Below, in pieces: positions 12,097 through 24,499 of a stretch of 64,000 nucleotides of DNA. Numbering within the stretch: position 1 is the stretch's first letter; the number at the start of each line of letters is the position of its first letter. The notes under the pieces were generated by a model. It searched no databases. It worked only from the letters and a program-made list of their open reading frames with translations, and was not told the origin of the DNA. Made by a program: the position numbers and the translations under genes. Origin of the DNA: Octopus sinensis (Eukaryota); NCBI RefSeq assembly GCF_006345805.1, contig NC_042997.1, positions 189,596,001-189,660,000 on the forward strand, read 5' to 3'.

Positions 12097-13319
12097 CAAA
12101 TGTATGTATATGCTCATATATGCATACACATACGCATGCACGCACCTACACACTCTCACACACACACAGACATACAGACATACAAACACACGTCTACATA
12201 CTCACATACATGCATTTAAAAATTGATCCAACTTCTTTTGATAAAAAAAATCTGGAATTTACTTAATAACAAAGTCAACATTTGAAGTTTATTGTCATTA
12301 CACTGTCCGCTGTTGTGTTCTCTTTCCTATATTGATAATTATTTTATTCTTAAAGTAGCGCATAATTCTATTATTTATACTAAAACATATTACAGTCCTG
12401 CAGCAAGCATTTGTCGAGATCTTACTGCTTTTGAGACGCATGCCTTGAGGCAACGGCCGACAGCAATACGTGGGCACCCATTAAACTTATATTATTACTC
12501 ACGGTTTCAAGTTATGGAAGATTATTTTGTTTTAATAAATACTGTTAATTTCTTTCTTTTCTTTTTCGTTTTCTTTTGCTTTAAGATGTTCTCTTCTCAA
12601 TGTTTCCTATATTTACATATCACACTACTTTCACATTCTTTCTTTGTAAATAGATCAGCTGAGATAAATGTCTCTAAGGCACTTATGGAGTCTTGTTACA
12701 GCCTATATATATTTCGGATGTGCACTTGACAGGCAAGTGATTTGATCTGAGACTGTATGTTGAAACTAAAACGCTTGCAGTGTGGAAGACATATCCCACA
12801 TTCAAAAACACACAAAAACTGTTAACTTTACTTAAAGTTTATTCTTAGATATCAACATTTTCATCCCACGAAAAGCAACCTGGTTACTGGCTTGGCGAGG
12901 CTACAGTTCCTGCCTTGAAAGTTTTGACATCCGACAATAAACTTTATGTAAAGTTAACAGGTCTTTGAATATTTTTTAATGGCTAGGATTTATCTGCCAC
13001 GCTGAAGGCGTATATACAGCTTCAGTTTCGCAATTTCTCACTCGCCCTGTACAAAATGACTTCTTGAAGAAGGAAAAAAAAATCAAGTACCATTTGATCT
13101 GAAAGTTATAAAACATCTGAGAGGACAAATAACTCTCCTGTAAAAAGGAAATTTTGTTTTTCTAAAAAACTTGTGCGATATCAAAGAAAATGTCGAATCC
13201 ACTTCAGAAAGATACCAAAAAAAAAAAAACCAAAACAAAGAAAGGCCGTTGGAAAACCGATTATAGCAGCGACTCCATCAATTCCTAGGGATATCTGAAG
13301 AAGGAATTTTATTCCCAAA

Positions 13320-13718
13320 TCCTTTCTACTATAGGCACAAAGCCTGAAATTTGGGGTAGGAGGATAGTCAATTACATCGACCCCCAGTGTTTCACCGGTA
13401 CTTAATTTATCGACCCCGAAAGGATGAAAGGCAATGTCGACCTCGACAGAATTTGAACTCATAACGTAACGGCATACGAAATACCTATTTCTTTATTACC
13501 CACAAGGGGCTAAACATAGAGGGGATAAACAAGAACAGACATAGGTATTAAGTCGATTACATCGACCCCAGTGCGGAACCGGTACTTAATTTATCGACCC
13601 CGAAAGGATGAAAGGCAAAGTCGACCTCGACAGAATTTGAACTCAGAACGTAACGGCATACGAAATACCGCTAAGCATTTCGCCCGGCGTGCTAACGACT
13701 CTGCCAGCTCGCCGCCTT
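13320..13718 (-). mobile_element. SINE family A multimer
   Basis: Two tandem units homologous to the other A copies. Confidence 0.88.
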
Positions 13719-13969
13719 AATTTTATTCCGAAAATCATATCAGACTATGAATGATTAAATTACAACAGTAATTATAGTCCATTGTTTGTATTATAGGGCA
13801 TTGTCGTGTCATTCAAAATATTTTATTCTTTACCAAAACAAAACTGTATTAAGTATACAAGTGATTAGAACTAGAGAAAAATTATTGACCACTTGAAAAC
13901 CGAATAAATCACTTGTCGATTTATTAGATAACTGTAACTTTGTGATCCGATACAATAAGTACCGTATAT

Positions 13970-14352
13970 GGAAGCACTCCGTCGGTTACGACGATGAGGG
14001 TTCCGGTTGATCCGAATCAACGGAACAGCCTGCTCGTGAAATTAACGTGTAAGTGGCTGAGCACTCCACAGACACATGTACCCTGAACGTAGTTCTCGGG
14101 GATATTCAGCGTGACACAGAGAGTGACAAGGCCGGCCCTTTGAAATACAGGTACAACAGAAACAGGAAGTAAGAGTGAGAGAAAGTTGTGGTGAAAGAGT
14201 ACAGCAGGGATCACCACCATCCCCTGCCGGAGCCTCGTGGAGCTTTAGGTGTTTTCGCTCAATAAACACTCACAACGCCCGGTCTGGGAATCGAAACCGC
14301 GATCCTACGACCGCGAGTCCGCTGCCCTAACCACTGGGCCATTGCGCCTCCA
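13970..14352 (-). mobile_element. SINE family C (tRNA-derived), full length, 22-bp TSD
   Basis: A box tggcccagtggtt, B box ggtttcgattcc; TSD cgatacaataagtaccgtatat at 13948-13969 and 14353-14374. Confidence 0.92.
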
Positions 14353-14675
14353 CGATACAATAAGTACCGTATATATGAAAGAGAAGTACTAGGATCTTTT
14401 TGTTCAAGTAAAAGCTTTGAGGTGGTGGCCCAGCATACCACAGTCAAGTAATTGAAGAGAATAAAACAAGGGTTTACTTGTACAACCAGATCCCAGCACA
14501 CATTCTTTTTAAATTTGATTGTTTTATTCAATCAGACTCTTTTCCGATCTGCTAGGGTACGGGAACATGAACAAACCAACAGCTGTTGTGAAGTGGTGTG
14601 GCGACAGACATAAAAACACATACACATACTGATAAACACATGTGCGTGTGTGTATACACATACATACTTCTACAA

Positions 14676-14731
<56 letters not shown>

Positions 14732-14876
14732 ATATTATTGTTATTGTTATTATTATTATTATTTTATTATTATTATATTATTATTATTATTACGGAAGAT
14801 TAATTCCGAGTCCACAGGAATGAAACGTTCAGATTAAAGGTACTAAAGTGAACTTCTCTCAATATTTTATTCATAT

Positions 14877-15094
14877 ATATAAAAGAAGTTTTAGAGACAG
14901 ACCCATCCTCAACTCAATCAACATTGAAAGATATTATACCCGACCGAGCCATCAAATATTAAATATTATACTTACGATATTCCGAATAGATATAGTAAGT
15001 ATCATATTTAATATTTGATGGCTTGGTCGGATATCATACCTTTCAATGTTGATTGAGTTGAGGGTGGTTCTGTCTCTAAAACTACTTTTATATA
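14877..15094. repeat. Foldback/MITE-like hairpin, about 98-bp arms and 19-nt loop, TA-flanked
   Basis: Left arm tataaaagaagttttagagacag...tatacttac pairs with gtaagtat...ctgtctctaaaactacttttatata, with scattered mismatches. Confidence 0.85.
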
Positions 15095-15242
15095 CTTTTA
15101 CATATATACTTATATATATATATATATATATATAGATATATTATATATATATATAATAATAAATATTAGGGAATAAATCCAAATTTACAGGGAAAAAATC
15201 AGATTTAGGATTAAATCCAATTTTATAGTAAAATATTATATA

Positions 15243-15579
15243 ATATAATATTAATTAGAGACAAAACCACTATTTTGTAAAACAAACAAGGAAAGACTTA
15301 ATCAATACATAAATTTTAATAAAAAGTAAAAAAACCGCCACCACAATTGTTTCATGTCCTCAATGACAATCTTCAGGTGGATTTCCGATTTTCAAATCAG
15401 TTTCAATTTATAAATTGAAACTGATTTGAAAATCGGAAATCCACCTGAAGATTGTCATTGAGGACATGAAACAATTGTGGTGGCGGTTTTTTTACTTTTT
15501 ATTAAAATTTTATGTATTGATTAAGTCTTTCCTTGTTTGTTTTACAAAATAGTGGTTTTGTCTCTAATTAATATTATAT
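15243..15579. repeat. Near-perfect spacerless palindrome (about 168-bp arms), probably inverted PLE terminal repeats
   Basis: Centre ttta|taaa at 15410/15411; one T indel found between arms. The outer left flank 15170-15260 is homologous to 11880-11975 inverted. Confidence 0.92.
15441..15483 (+). ncRNA. Minimal type I hammerhead-like motif (mirror copy on - strand at about 15338-15380)
   Basis: Stem I CCAC/GTGG, CTGAAGA 15445-51, stem II TGTC/GACA, GAAA 15468-71, palindromic ACAATTGT; position 17 is G. Confidence 0.7.
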
Positions 15580-15924
15580 ATATATATTATATAATATATA
15601 TATATATTATATATATATAGCGTGTACATGCGTAAATATAAACTGCTCTTCAAATCTATAAAGCTAGAGAACAGAGCACTGTCTGTTTTTCTGGTGAACT
15701 ATACTGCCTAAATTCATGAAACCCACCTCTATATAGGAAATGGAATAGAAGGCATTGCAATATTTAAATTTATTGGAATCCAAAAGTAAATTAGATAGTA
15801 ATTCAAGAAACATACAGAGCCAGAATCCCTCTGTTCAAGACTATAACACCAGGTTGAATAATGTTGCAAAAATGATGCAAAACATGGAAATTATGATAGT
15901 TTTCAATGATTTTCTCATGCAATA

Positions 15925-16650
15925 CAACGACAATAGCATGTTTAACTACCGCCTTTCTGAGTCACTTCAAAGACATGCAATTTCATGATCCCAATCAACT
16001 TCTGCAGTAGATCAAATGGAAGCTCCTCCCCAGGCCTTCTTTAGTGCCATTTCAAATTCATCAACAGATGAATACTGCTCGTCTTCGTTGTAAACAACAT
16101 TTGTGAGATATCCCCAGACGTTCTCTATGGGATTAAGGTCGGGGCTTCTTGCTGGCTATGGCATGACTTCAACCCCAGCTGCAAAGCGGAAATTCAAAGT
16201 TGCCTTTACTTTATGAATAGGAGCATTGTCCTGTTGAAATATGTCGGGGCCGTCTAAGGACCATTTCTTCTTATCAGAGAACAGAACCCTGATGTTTCCA
16301 AGCAAGCTCCAATCTAACAGCTTTGTGGGAAGGGGACAATAACGGACGTCCTAGCCACTTCTTCAGGTGGAGACCACAGTTCAAAATCACTCCTCTTACA
16401 ATGGATGTCGAGGCTCCTACTCCTGCTGATGTCTTGATTTTGAAAACAGAAGAGCAGCATGACTTCTTCACAGATCTGACAATGACCCTTTCATCCCTTT
16501 CTGATATAGCCTTGGGACGTCCACCAGCATAAACCCTATTGTGGTCGTCAGGATCTTTCAGAAAATTGTCCACTGGTGATCTGCTTCGCCGAATCTTTTC
16601 GGCAATCTTACCTTGTTCAATTTCGGAAAACTTTGGAGCTTCAGACATAC
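15925..16650 (-). mobile_element. Tc3-like (Tc1/mariner DD34E) transposase relic with internal deletion
   Basis: N-terminus IAEKIRRSRSPVDNFLKDPD..GRPKAISERDERVIVR resembles Tc3; DKKKWSLDGPD is fused directly to IFQQDNAPIH...PARSPDLNPIENVW; stops present. Confidence 0.88.
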
Positions 16651-17427
16651 TCGAAATGTAATCTGGATCATGGAGAATACGACTGAGTCGAACATTTTCC
16701 GAAACAATCTGGAAAGAAATGAAAATGTGAAGTGGTTATATGCAAGGAAAAACTGGAAAACCAGGTGTTGTAATGTAATAATAAAGGTACAAGGTTTATA
16801 TTTCAAATTAATCACAAAATATTCATTTACAATAATCCACTTATATTTCAAAATAACTTGTGACTTTATAGTTTTCCATAGTAATTTATATCTACGCGTG
16901 TGCGTGCATATGTGTATGCATGTGTGTGCGTATGTGTGTGGATATCTGTATGTATGAGAGTATATAGGCTTTCTACCTTTAGAAAAAAGCATGCATATCA
17001 AATAGCGTTATTTCTCGTAAGTACAGGATTCCCTATTTTTATCAATAATAATAGTTTCATTCTTGGCGCCATATTCGTCTGCCCAATGCCAATACATTGC
17101 TGCTAATTATTTTATCAACCCTAGTGAATTAAATACTTAGGTAAGCGTAAAAAAACTTGAAAGAAATTATCCATAAGATTATAATTTTCCGGATTGTTAA
17201 CCCTATCTTGAGAATGCTTATTAAAAAAAAAAATCTACTATCCTTTTCGATCGACATCAGGTGTTCTAATCCTTGTTCTGTATATAGTCCGCGTTAAAGT
17301 TCGAACTGTTATCAAGAAGCGTTTTATGCATTTCTGCCATTTTTCTAATTTTCCAGTGTTTTTATTTTTCTGTTTCTCACTTATAGAAAGTATATTCTGT
17401 AGAAGTATAGGATTTCATTTTGTACTA

Positions 17428-17812
17428 GGGAAGCACTCCGTCGGTTACGACGACGAGGGTTCCGGTTGATCCGAATCAACGGAACAGCCTGCTCGTGAAA
17501 TTAACGTGTAAGTGGTTGAGCACTCCACAGACACGAGTACCCATAACGTAGTTCTCGGGGATATTCAGCGTGATACAGAGAGTGACAAGGCCGGCCCTTT
17601 GAAATACAGGTACGACAGAAACAGGAAGTAAGAGTGAGAGAAAGTTGTGGTGAAAGAGTACAGCAGGGATCACCACCATCCCCTGCCGGAGCCTCGTGGA
17701 GCTTTAGGTGTTTTCGCTCAATAAACATTCACAACGCCCGGTCTGGGAATCGAAACCGCGATCCTATGACCGCGAGTCCGCTGCCCCAACCACTGGGCCA
17801 TTGCTCCTCCAC
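17428..17812 (-). mobile_element. SINE family C, full length, 15-bp TSD
   Basis: Near-identical to 13970-14352; TSD tttcatt(t/c)tgtacta. Partial copy at 45390-45575 (+). Confidence 0.92.
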
Positions 17813-18131
17813 TTTCATTCTGTACTATATGTTTAGACATTCCGAATTTGTGAAGGCATGTCGCGTAGTAGTCTAGGTGTTGAACTTATGATCGGTATCA
17901 CGTAGGGTCCAGTCTTCGACCGAGTGACACATTGTATCTTTGAGCAAAACACATTATTTCATGTAGCTTAAGTCAGCTCAGCTGAGAATAAGTACCAGGG
18001 GTCTGATGGCCCATTTAGTGCAAGGGTGTCTTGTACTCCCAGTCGCTGAAACGTCATGGAAATTGGTGTAAGATCTCCCACCCCATTTTCTCCCTTATAC
18101 GACTTTATACTTATCCAAACAATGTTATAGA

Positions 18132-18424
18132 TAGGTGGTTCTCAGCCGGAGTCCATATGGCCCCTGAGGGTCCATACAAGCTTCTTTGGGATCCACGCAA
18201 CAAAATCGTATGTTGAGGGCCCCCTGAAAAATTTTGGCCTTAGATATATATATATTGGTATGCAAGAAACAGCTTAGATTTTTTCTCTAAAGTTTTACAT
18301 AATTCAACCGACACAAGTTAATGTATAAAAAACAAAATAACTTTGAAAGATGGCTATGGGGGTCCACCAGAATAAAATGGTAATCAAAGGGGTCCATATA
18401 TAGAAAATGGTTGAGAAGCCCCTG
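18132..18424. mobile_element. hAT-type MITE
   Basis: TIR-like taggtggttctcagcc ... ggttgagaagcccctg; ttataga duplicated on both flanks (about 8-bp TSD). Homologue at 39478-40310. Confidence 0.7.
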
Positions 18425-18524
18425 TTATAGATGCAGTTTTTTTTTATATTTTAGTCTCTCTTGGATAGCGTTAATGTTGGTGAGAAGAATCTTTGACGTA
18501 TGATGTTACTTTGTGGCGGTGGAA

Positions 18525-18682
18525 TTTCAACTCAGAAATGCAAATACCTTATTTATTGACCCTGAAAGAATGAAAGGCAAAGTCAGACTCGACGGAATTT
18601 GAAATCAGACCGTATTGACGAACGAAACGCCATTAAGCATTTTGCCCGGCGTGCTAACGATTCTGCCAGCTCGCCGTCGTTT

Positions 18683-18754
<72 letters not shown>

Positions 18755-19582
18755 TAATAATAATTTCTGCTAAAGGCTCAATGCCTGAAATTTAGGGAGG
18801 GAGCACTAGTCGATTACGTCGACCCCAGTGTTACTGGTACTTAATTTATCGACCCTGAAATGATGAAAAGCAAAGTCTATCCTGGTGGAATTTGAACTCG
18901 GAACGTAGCTAAGCATTTCGTTCAGCGTGCTAACGGCTCTGCCAGCTTCTTGCCTTAAATAACAACGATTTCAATTTTTGGTAGAAGGCCAGGAATTCTG
19001 GGGGGAGGAGTAAGTCGGTTACATCAACCCTACTGCTTAACTGATACTTATTTTATCGACCCTGAAAGGATGAAAGGCAAAGTCGATCTCGCCGGAATCG
19101 GAACCCAGAACGTAGGGACGAACGAAGTACCGCTAAGCATTTTTCCCGGTGTGCTAATGATTCTTATTTCTTTATTGCCCACAAGGGGCTAAACATAGAG
19201 GGGACAAACAAGGACAGACAAAGGTATTAAGTCGATTATATCGACTCCAGTGCGTAACCGGTACTTATTTAACCGACCCCGAAAAGATGAAAGGCAAAGT
19301 CGACCTCGGCTGAATTTGAACTCAGAACGTAGCGGCAGACGAAATACCGATTTCTTTGCTACCCACAAGGGGCTAAACACAGAAGGGACAAACAAGGACA
19401 GACAAACGGATTAAGTTGATTATATCGACTCCAGTGCGTAACTGGTACTTAATTAATCGACCCAGAAAAGATCAAATGCAAAGTTGACCTCGCTGGAATT
19501 TGAACTCACAACGTTGTGACAGACGAAATGCCGCTAAGCATTTCGCCCGGCGTGCTAACGATTCTGTCAGCTTGCCGTCTTA
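18525..19582 (-). mobile_element. Cluster of about six SINE A units of different ages
   Basis: Repeated aaaggatgaaaggcaaagtcgacctcggc...gaatttgaactc motifs around an (ATA)n tract. Confidence 0.85.
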
Positions 19583-19879
19583 ATAATTTCTGAGAGACTG
19601 TGCCATCATTGAGATTTGTTATTTAAAGATTGGTATACAAGTTTATTAGTTAGAAACTATGCACAGTTACATTAGATGTACTGCACTGAGTTCTAATTGC
19701 ATGTGGGATTACACACTCACAGGAGATAGTGAAATAAATAGAAAGTAGATAGAAAACAGAGAAAGCGAGAATAAAACAAACGTAATCTAAATAGCAATAA
19801 ATAAGAATGGTAGACTATTTATTGAAGTGGAAACGGAACTCTGTTATGTGAAAGAGCTGAAAAACAAGGAAATAGTTTG

Positions 19880-21744
19880 GAGAAAGAGATGAGAGAGAGA
19901 GAGAGACAGAGAGCGACGGACAGACAAGAGAGACAGAGAGACAGAGAAGGGGAGATAGGAGAGGGTACAGGGAGATATATGGTGTGAAATAGAGAGGGAT
20001 AATAGAAAGAGAGGTGGAGAGGAAAGACAAGGACAGTGTGAGAGAGAGGGAAAGGTGAGAGAGAGGGGGAGAGAGCGGGAGAGAAAGAGGGGAGAGAGAG
20101 GAGGAAAGGGGAAAGGGAGATAGAACGAGCGCGTAGAGGGAGATATATGTGGGGTGAAATAGAGGGGAGAAATAGAAAGAGAGATGCTGAGAGGAGAGAA
20201 AAAAACAGCATGAGAATGAGAGAGAGGGGAGAGAGGTAGTGGAGAAAGGAGAAATGGAGATAGAACGAGAGGGCAGATAGAGATATATGTGGGGTGAAAT
20301 AGAGGGGAGAAATAGAATGAGAGGTGGAGAGAGGAGAGCGTGAGAAAGAGAGAGGGGGAGAGAGAGGGGGGAAGGTAGAATGGAGATAGAACGAGAGGGT
20401 AGAGGGAGATATATGGCGTGAAACAGAGGCGGGAATAAAAAGAGAGAAAGGTGGAAAGAGGAAAACAGAAAGAGGGAGGGGGAGAAATAACATATGAGAG
20501 AGAGTGGAGGGGTAAGGGAGTGTGTGTGAGAGAGAGAGAGAGGGGGAGAAGGGAGAAAGAAAGAGAGAGAAAGATAGAGGAAGGGGAAAGGAGGATAAAA
20601 TGAGAGGGTAGTACGAGATATATGGTGTGAAATGGAGGAGAAATAGAAAGAGAGAGAGAGGTAGAGAGATGAAAAGAGAAATAAAGCGAGAGAGAAAGAG
20701 AGAGAAGGGGAGAAATAATATCTGAGAGGGAGTGGGAGGGTGAGGGAGAAATCCCATGCGTGAGAGAGACAGAGGAAAAGGAGAGAGAAAGAAAGAGGGA
20801 ACGGGGCAGTGAAAAATAGCGGTGTGAGAGAGTGAGGAGAGAGGAAGTGAGGGAGAAGGAGACATATTAGTGAGAGAATGGGGAGAGGGGAGAGGGAAGG
20901 AGAAATCCATGCGTGAGAGAGACAGAGGAAAAGGAGAGAGAAAGAAAGAGGGAATGGGGCAGTGAAAAATAGCGTGTGTGAGAGAGTGAGGAGAGAGGAA
21001 GTGAGGGAGAAGGAGACATAGTATGTGAGAGAATGGGGAAGAGGGAGAGGGAAGGAGAAATCCCATGCGTGAGAGAGACAGAGGAAAAGGAGAGAGAAAG
21101 AAAGAGGGAATGGGGCAGTGAAAAATAGCGTGTGTGAGAGAGTGAGGAGAGAGGAAGTGAGGGAGAAGGAGACATAGTATGTGAGAGAATGGGGAAGAGG
21201 GAGAGGGAAGGAGAAATCCCATGCGTGAGAGAGACAGAGGAAAAGGAGAGAGACAGAAAGAGGGAATGGGGCAGTAAAAATTAGCGTGTGTTGAGAGAGT
21301 GAGGAGAGAGGAAGTGAGGGAGAAGGAGACTATTGGTGAGAGAATGGGGAAGAGGGAGAGGGAAGGAGAAATCCCATGCGTGAGAGAGACAGAGGAAAAG
21401 GAGAGAGAAAGAAAGAGGGAATGGGGCAGTAAAAATTAGCGTGTGTGAGAGAGTGAGGAGAGAGGAAGTGAGGGAGAAGGAGACATAGTATGTGAGAGAA
21501 TTGGGAAGAGGGAGAGGGAAAGGAATCAAGAGAGAGTGTGGGGAGAGAAAGAAAAAAGCGACAGAGTGGGGAGGAATAAATAGCATGAGAGACAGCGCGA
21601 GAGAGGGTGAGAGGTAGAAATGGCATAAGAAAGAGAGTGTATGTGTGTGTGTGTGACTGAGTGAGACAGAGTGTGTATGTGTGTCTGTATGACTTGGTGA
21701 GAGAAGGTAAGAGAGAGACAGAGAGACAGAGAGAGAGAAAGAGA

Positions 21745-21776
<32 letters not shown>

Positions 21777-21777
21777 C

Positions 21778-21809
<32 letters not shown>

Positions 21810-21810
21810 T
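19880..21810 (+). repeat. Polypurine (GA-rich) tract containing a 5-copy satellite of about 155 bp
   Basis: Unit gagaaatcccatgcgtgagagagacagagg... starts at about 20746, 20900, 21055, 21211 and 21366. Confidence 0.9.
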
Positions 21811-22109
21811 AAAGTAAAAAGTAAATAAATAACTATTCTCACAAACAAATAATTCAGTATTTTCTTTAGATGTGTAATAAACATTTCTTTTGAAAACCTT
21901 ACAGTTTGATGGCTTGGCTGTGGATGTGCGCGTGTGCGTACGTGCGTGTGCGTGCGCGCGTGATTGCGTGCGTGTGTTTTTGTTTGCTCTGCAGATTCTT
22001 CTTGCTTCGTAGTTTCTTTTGTTTTTTATGTTTTGTTTTTTGTTTTGCTTCTTATAAACCGAAACCGAGGTTGCAATGTCTTCTGTGTTCGTATCATGAT
22101 CATCACCTT

Positions 22110-22990
22110 CATAAATCATGATGATGATGACCATCGTCGCCATTTTCACCATCACCGCCATCCCCAACGACACCACCACTACCACCACCACCACCACCAC
22201 CACACACCACCACACACACTACTACCACCACTACCACCACCACCACCACTACCACCACCACCACTACCACCACCACCACCACCACTAACACCACCACTAC
22301 CACCACCACCACCACCACTACCACCCACCACCCCACCACCACCACCACCACCACCACTACCACCAGCTCACCACCACCAGCACTACACCACCACCACCAC
22401 CACCACCACCACTACCACCACCACAACCATACCACCCACCACCACTACCCACCCCACCAACCACTACCACCACCACCACCACCAACCACCACCACTACCA
22501 CCACCACTACCACCACCACCACCACCACTACCACCACCACCACCACCACCACCACCACAACCACTACCACCACCACTACTACCACCACCACCACCACCAC
22601 TACCACCACTACCACCACCACCACCACGACCACCACGACCATCACTACCACCACAGTCATCATCATCATCATCGTCGTCGTCGTCGTTGTTTATTGTTGT
22701 CGTTGCCATTGTGGTCATAGTCAACACCCACACCACCACCACCACCACCACTACCACTATCACATCATCATCATTATCATCATCGTCGTCGTCCTCGTCG
22801 ATTCTTTCCCCCACCTCATTCTCTATCCCTTTTTTTTCTTCTATCCTTTTCTCTTCCCATCAACCTCCATCTCGTCGTTCACCGCATTATCATCATCATT
22901 ATCATCATTATCATCATCATCATCATTATCATCATTATCATCATTATCATCATTATCATCATTATCATCATTAGCATCATCATCATCATC
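22110..22990. repeat. (CCA)n/(CAT)n compound microsatellite
   Basis: Direct inspection. Confidence 0.95.
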
Positions 22991-23149
22991 TTCATTATCG
23001 CCATCATTTATTTTTCCATGATATTGACGTTGTTCTTACTGTTAATCTTGCCTGTGCCGTCCATCACTGCCACAGTTGTTGTTGTTGCTGTTGTTGATTT
23101 TGTTGTTATCGCTGCTGCCACTGCGCCCAAAACTTTGATAGCATCCTAT

Positions 23150-23460
23150 TCATTACCCTTCAATGAACAAATAGTATTCAATATACAGATGAAAAAACAA
23201 CAACATCGAATCCGCTCGGTGAAGAAAAATAAAAGATAAACTCAAAGAAGATAACGAATAAAGTAACAAACCCCGAAAATTTTCCAGAAAGATCGAGGCT
23301 GCATGACAGAAAACATGGAATATTACTTTTACTGTGATAAGATCTGCTAATTTCAAGGAACTTAATGTTGTCCAAAATACTAGACTTCATTGCCTCGTCT
23401 TCTCATGTCTGTAGGCTTTTCTTCTTCAATGCTTGCTTTCTTATCCACAATCAGTTCCTG

Positions 23461-23492
<32 letters not shown>

Positions 23493-23955
23493 CATACATA
23501 CATGCATGCATTCATACATACATACATACATACATGCATACATGCATACATACATGCATGCATGCTTGCATGCATACCTGTGTGTGTGTGTGTTTAGGAT
23601 GTTATCTGTTGATTGTATAATGTTTAATTTTTCAGTAATACAAAGTTCACATTTGGTACCCCGTCCGCTGCATTTTTTAGCTTTAGTAATACTTTTCCAT
23701 TCTATCTGGGGGTTACTTATTCTACCTTGTTTCAATGGCCATATCATAATTGATAGGGATGTTGCATGTCTTTTTAAATTTTGTCTCTGAATGACGATAC
23801 ATGTTGTGTATGCCTTTCCTTGAACGAGTTGCCCGTCATTCCGATATATGTCCTTGCTACTCCATTGGAGTCCCTGATCTTGCTCTTGTATACGAGTTCG
23901 TTCTGGAGACAGTTGTTGTTTAGAGGGCAGCGGTTTTTGGATCTACAGTTGCATT
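23150..23955 (-). mobile_element. Penelope-like element GIY-YIG endonuclease relic and downstream region
   Basis: CNCRSKNRCPLNNNCLQNELVYKSKIRDSNGVARTYIGMTGNSFKERHTQHVSSF, then IWPLKQ..IEWKSITKAKKCSGRGTKCELCITEKLNII; interrupted by (ATAC)n. Confidence 0.88.
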
Positions 23956-24002
23956 GTCTTTTCGTGTGTTTATTATGTATATTATTTATTTATATAAACA
24001 CA

Positions 24003-24402
24003 AAGTGATGTATCCAGGTCTCATCTGTGACTTTTCTCTTCAAAACAGCTTCGCCTTCATCAGTGTAGCAAACGAGTATGCGTCGAGAGGTCTCTACACG
24101 ATTGCACTTATGCGCTACTGTAGCTCTCTTGGCAGCCGCCTCGAAAAGACGTTACAGAACTGAAGCCTGGCGTAGATGATTTCGTCTGCAGGACCATGAC
24201 TAATTTGCAGAGAACATATCATCGATAGTCAGTCGTCGGTTCACCAGAACCATCTCACGAGCTTGTTGAATTTTCACTTCAGTGGTGTCGGTTGATGGGA
24301 GTCTTGCTCCCTCTTCGTACTTCACGCCTGTCAGGATATTTTAATACTTCTCAATCAACTCATACGCAGTTTACGCGGCTGAGTGCTGTCTCCGTATTGG
24401 AT
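24003..24402 (-). mobile_element. mariner transposase relic (HTH to first catalytic Asp)
   Basis: Degenerate YGD.., PSTDTTEVKIQQAREMVLVNRRLTIDD and TDETWIHH motifs with frameshifts. Confidence 0.8.
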
Positions 24403-24499
24403 TGAAAGCCTACGATAGATTTCAGCACCTGACACACCTTCAGACCAGAGAAATCGGATCACAGATCACTGTTCTTCCTTTCTATATACTGCCAGTGAA

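Noticed and set aside
19819-21884. Long Ser/Leu/Pro ORFs on the minus strand
   Set aside because: They result from a stop-free polypyrimidine strand and the 155-bp satellite.
21964-22974. 336-aa Pro/His/Thr-rich ORF (formin- or extensin-like look)
   Set aside because: It is a translation of (CCA)n/(CAT)n microsatellite, open in several frames on both strands, with no domain or splice support.
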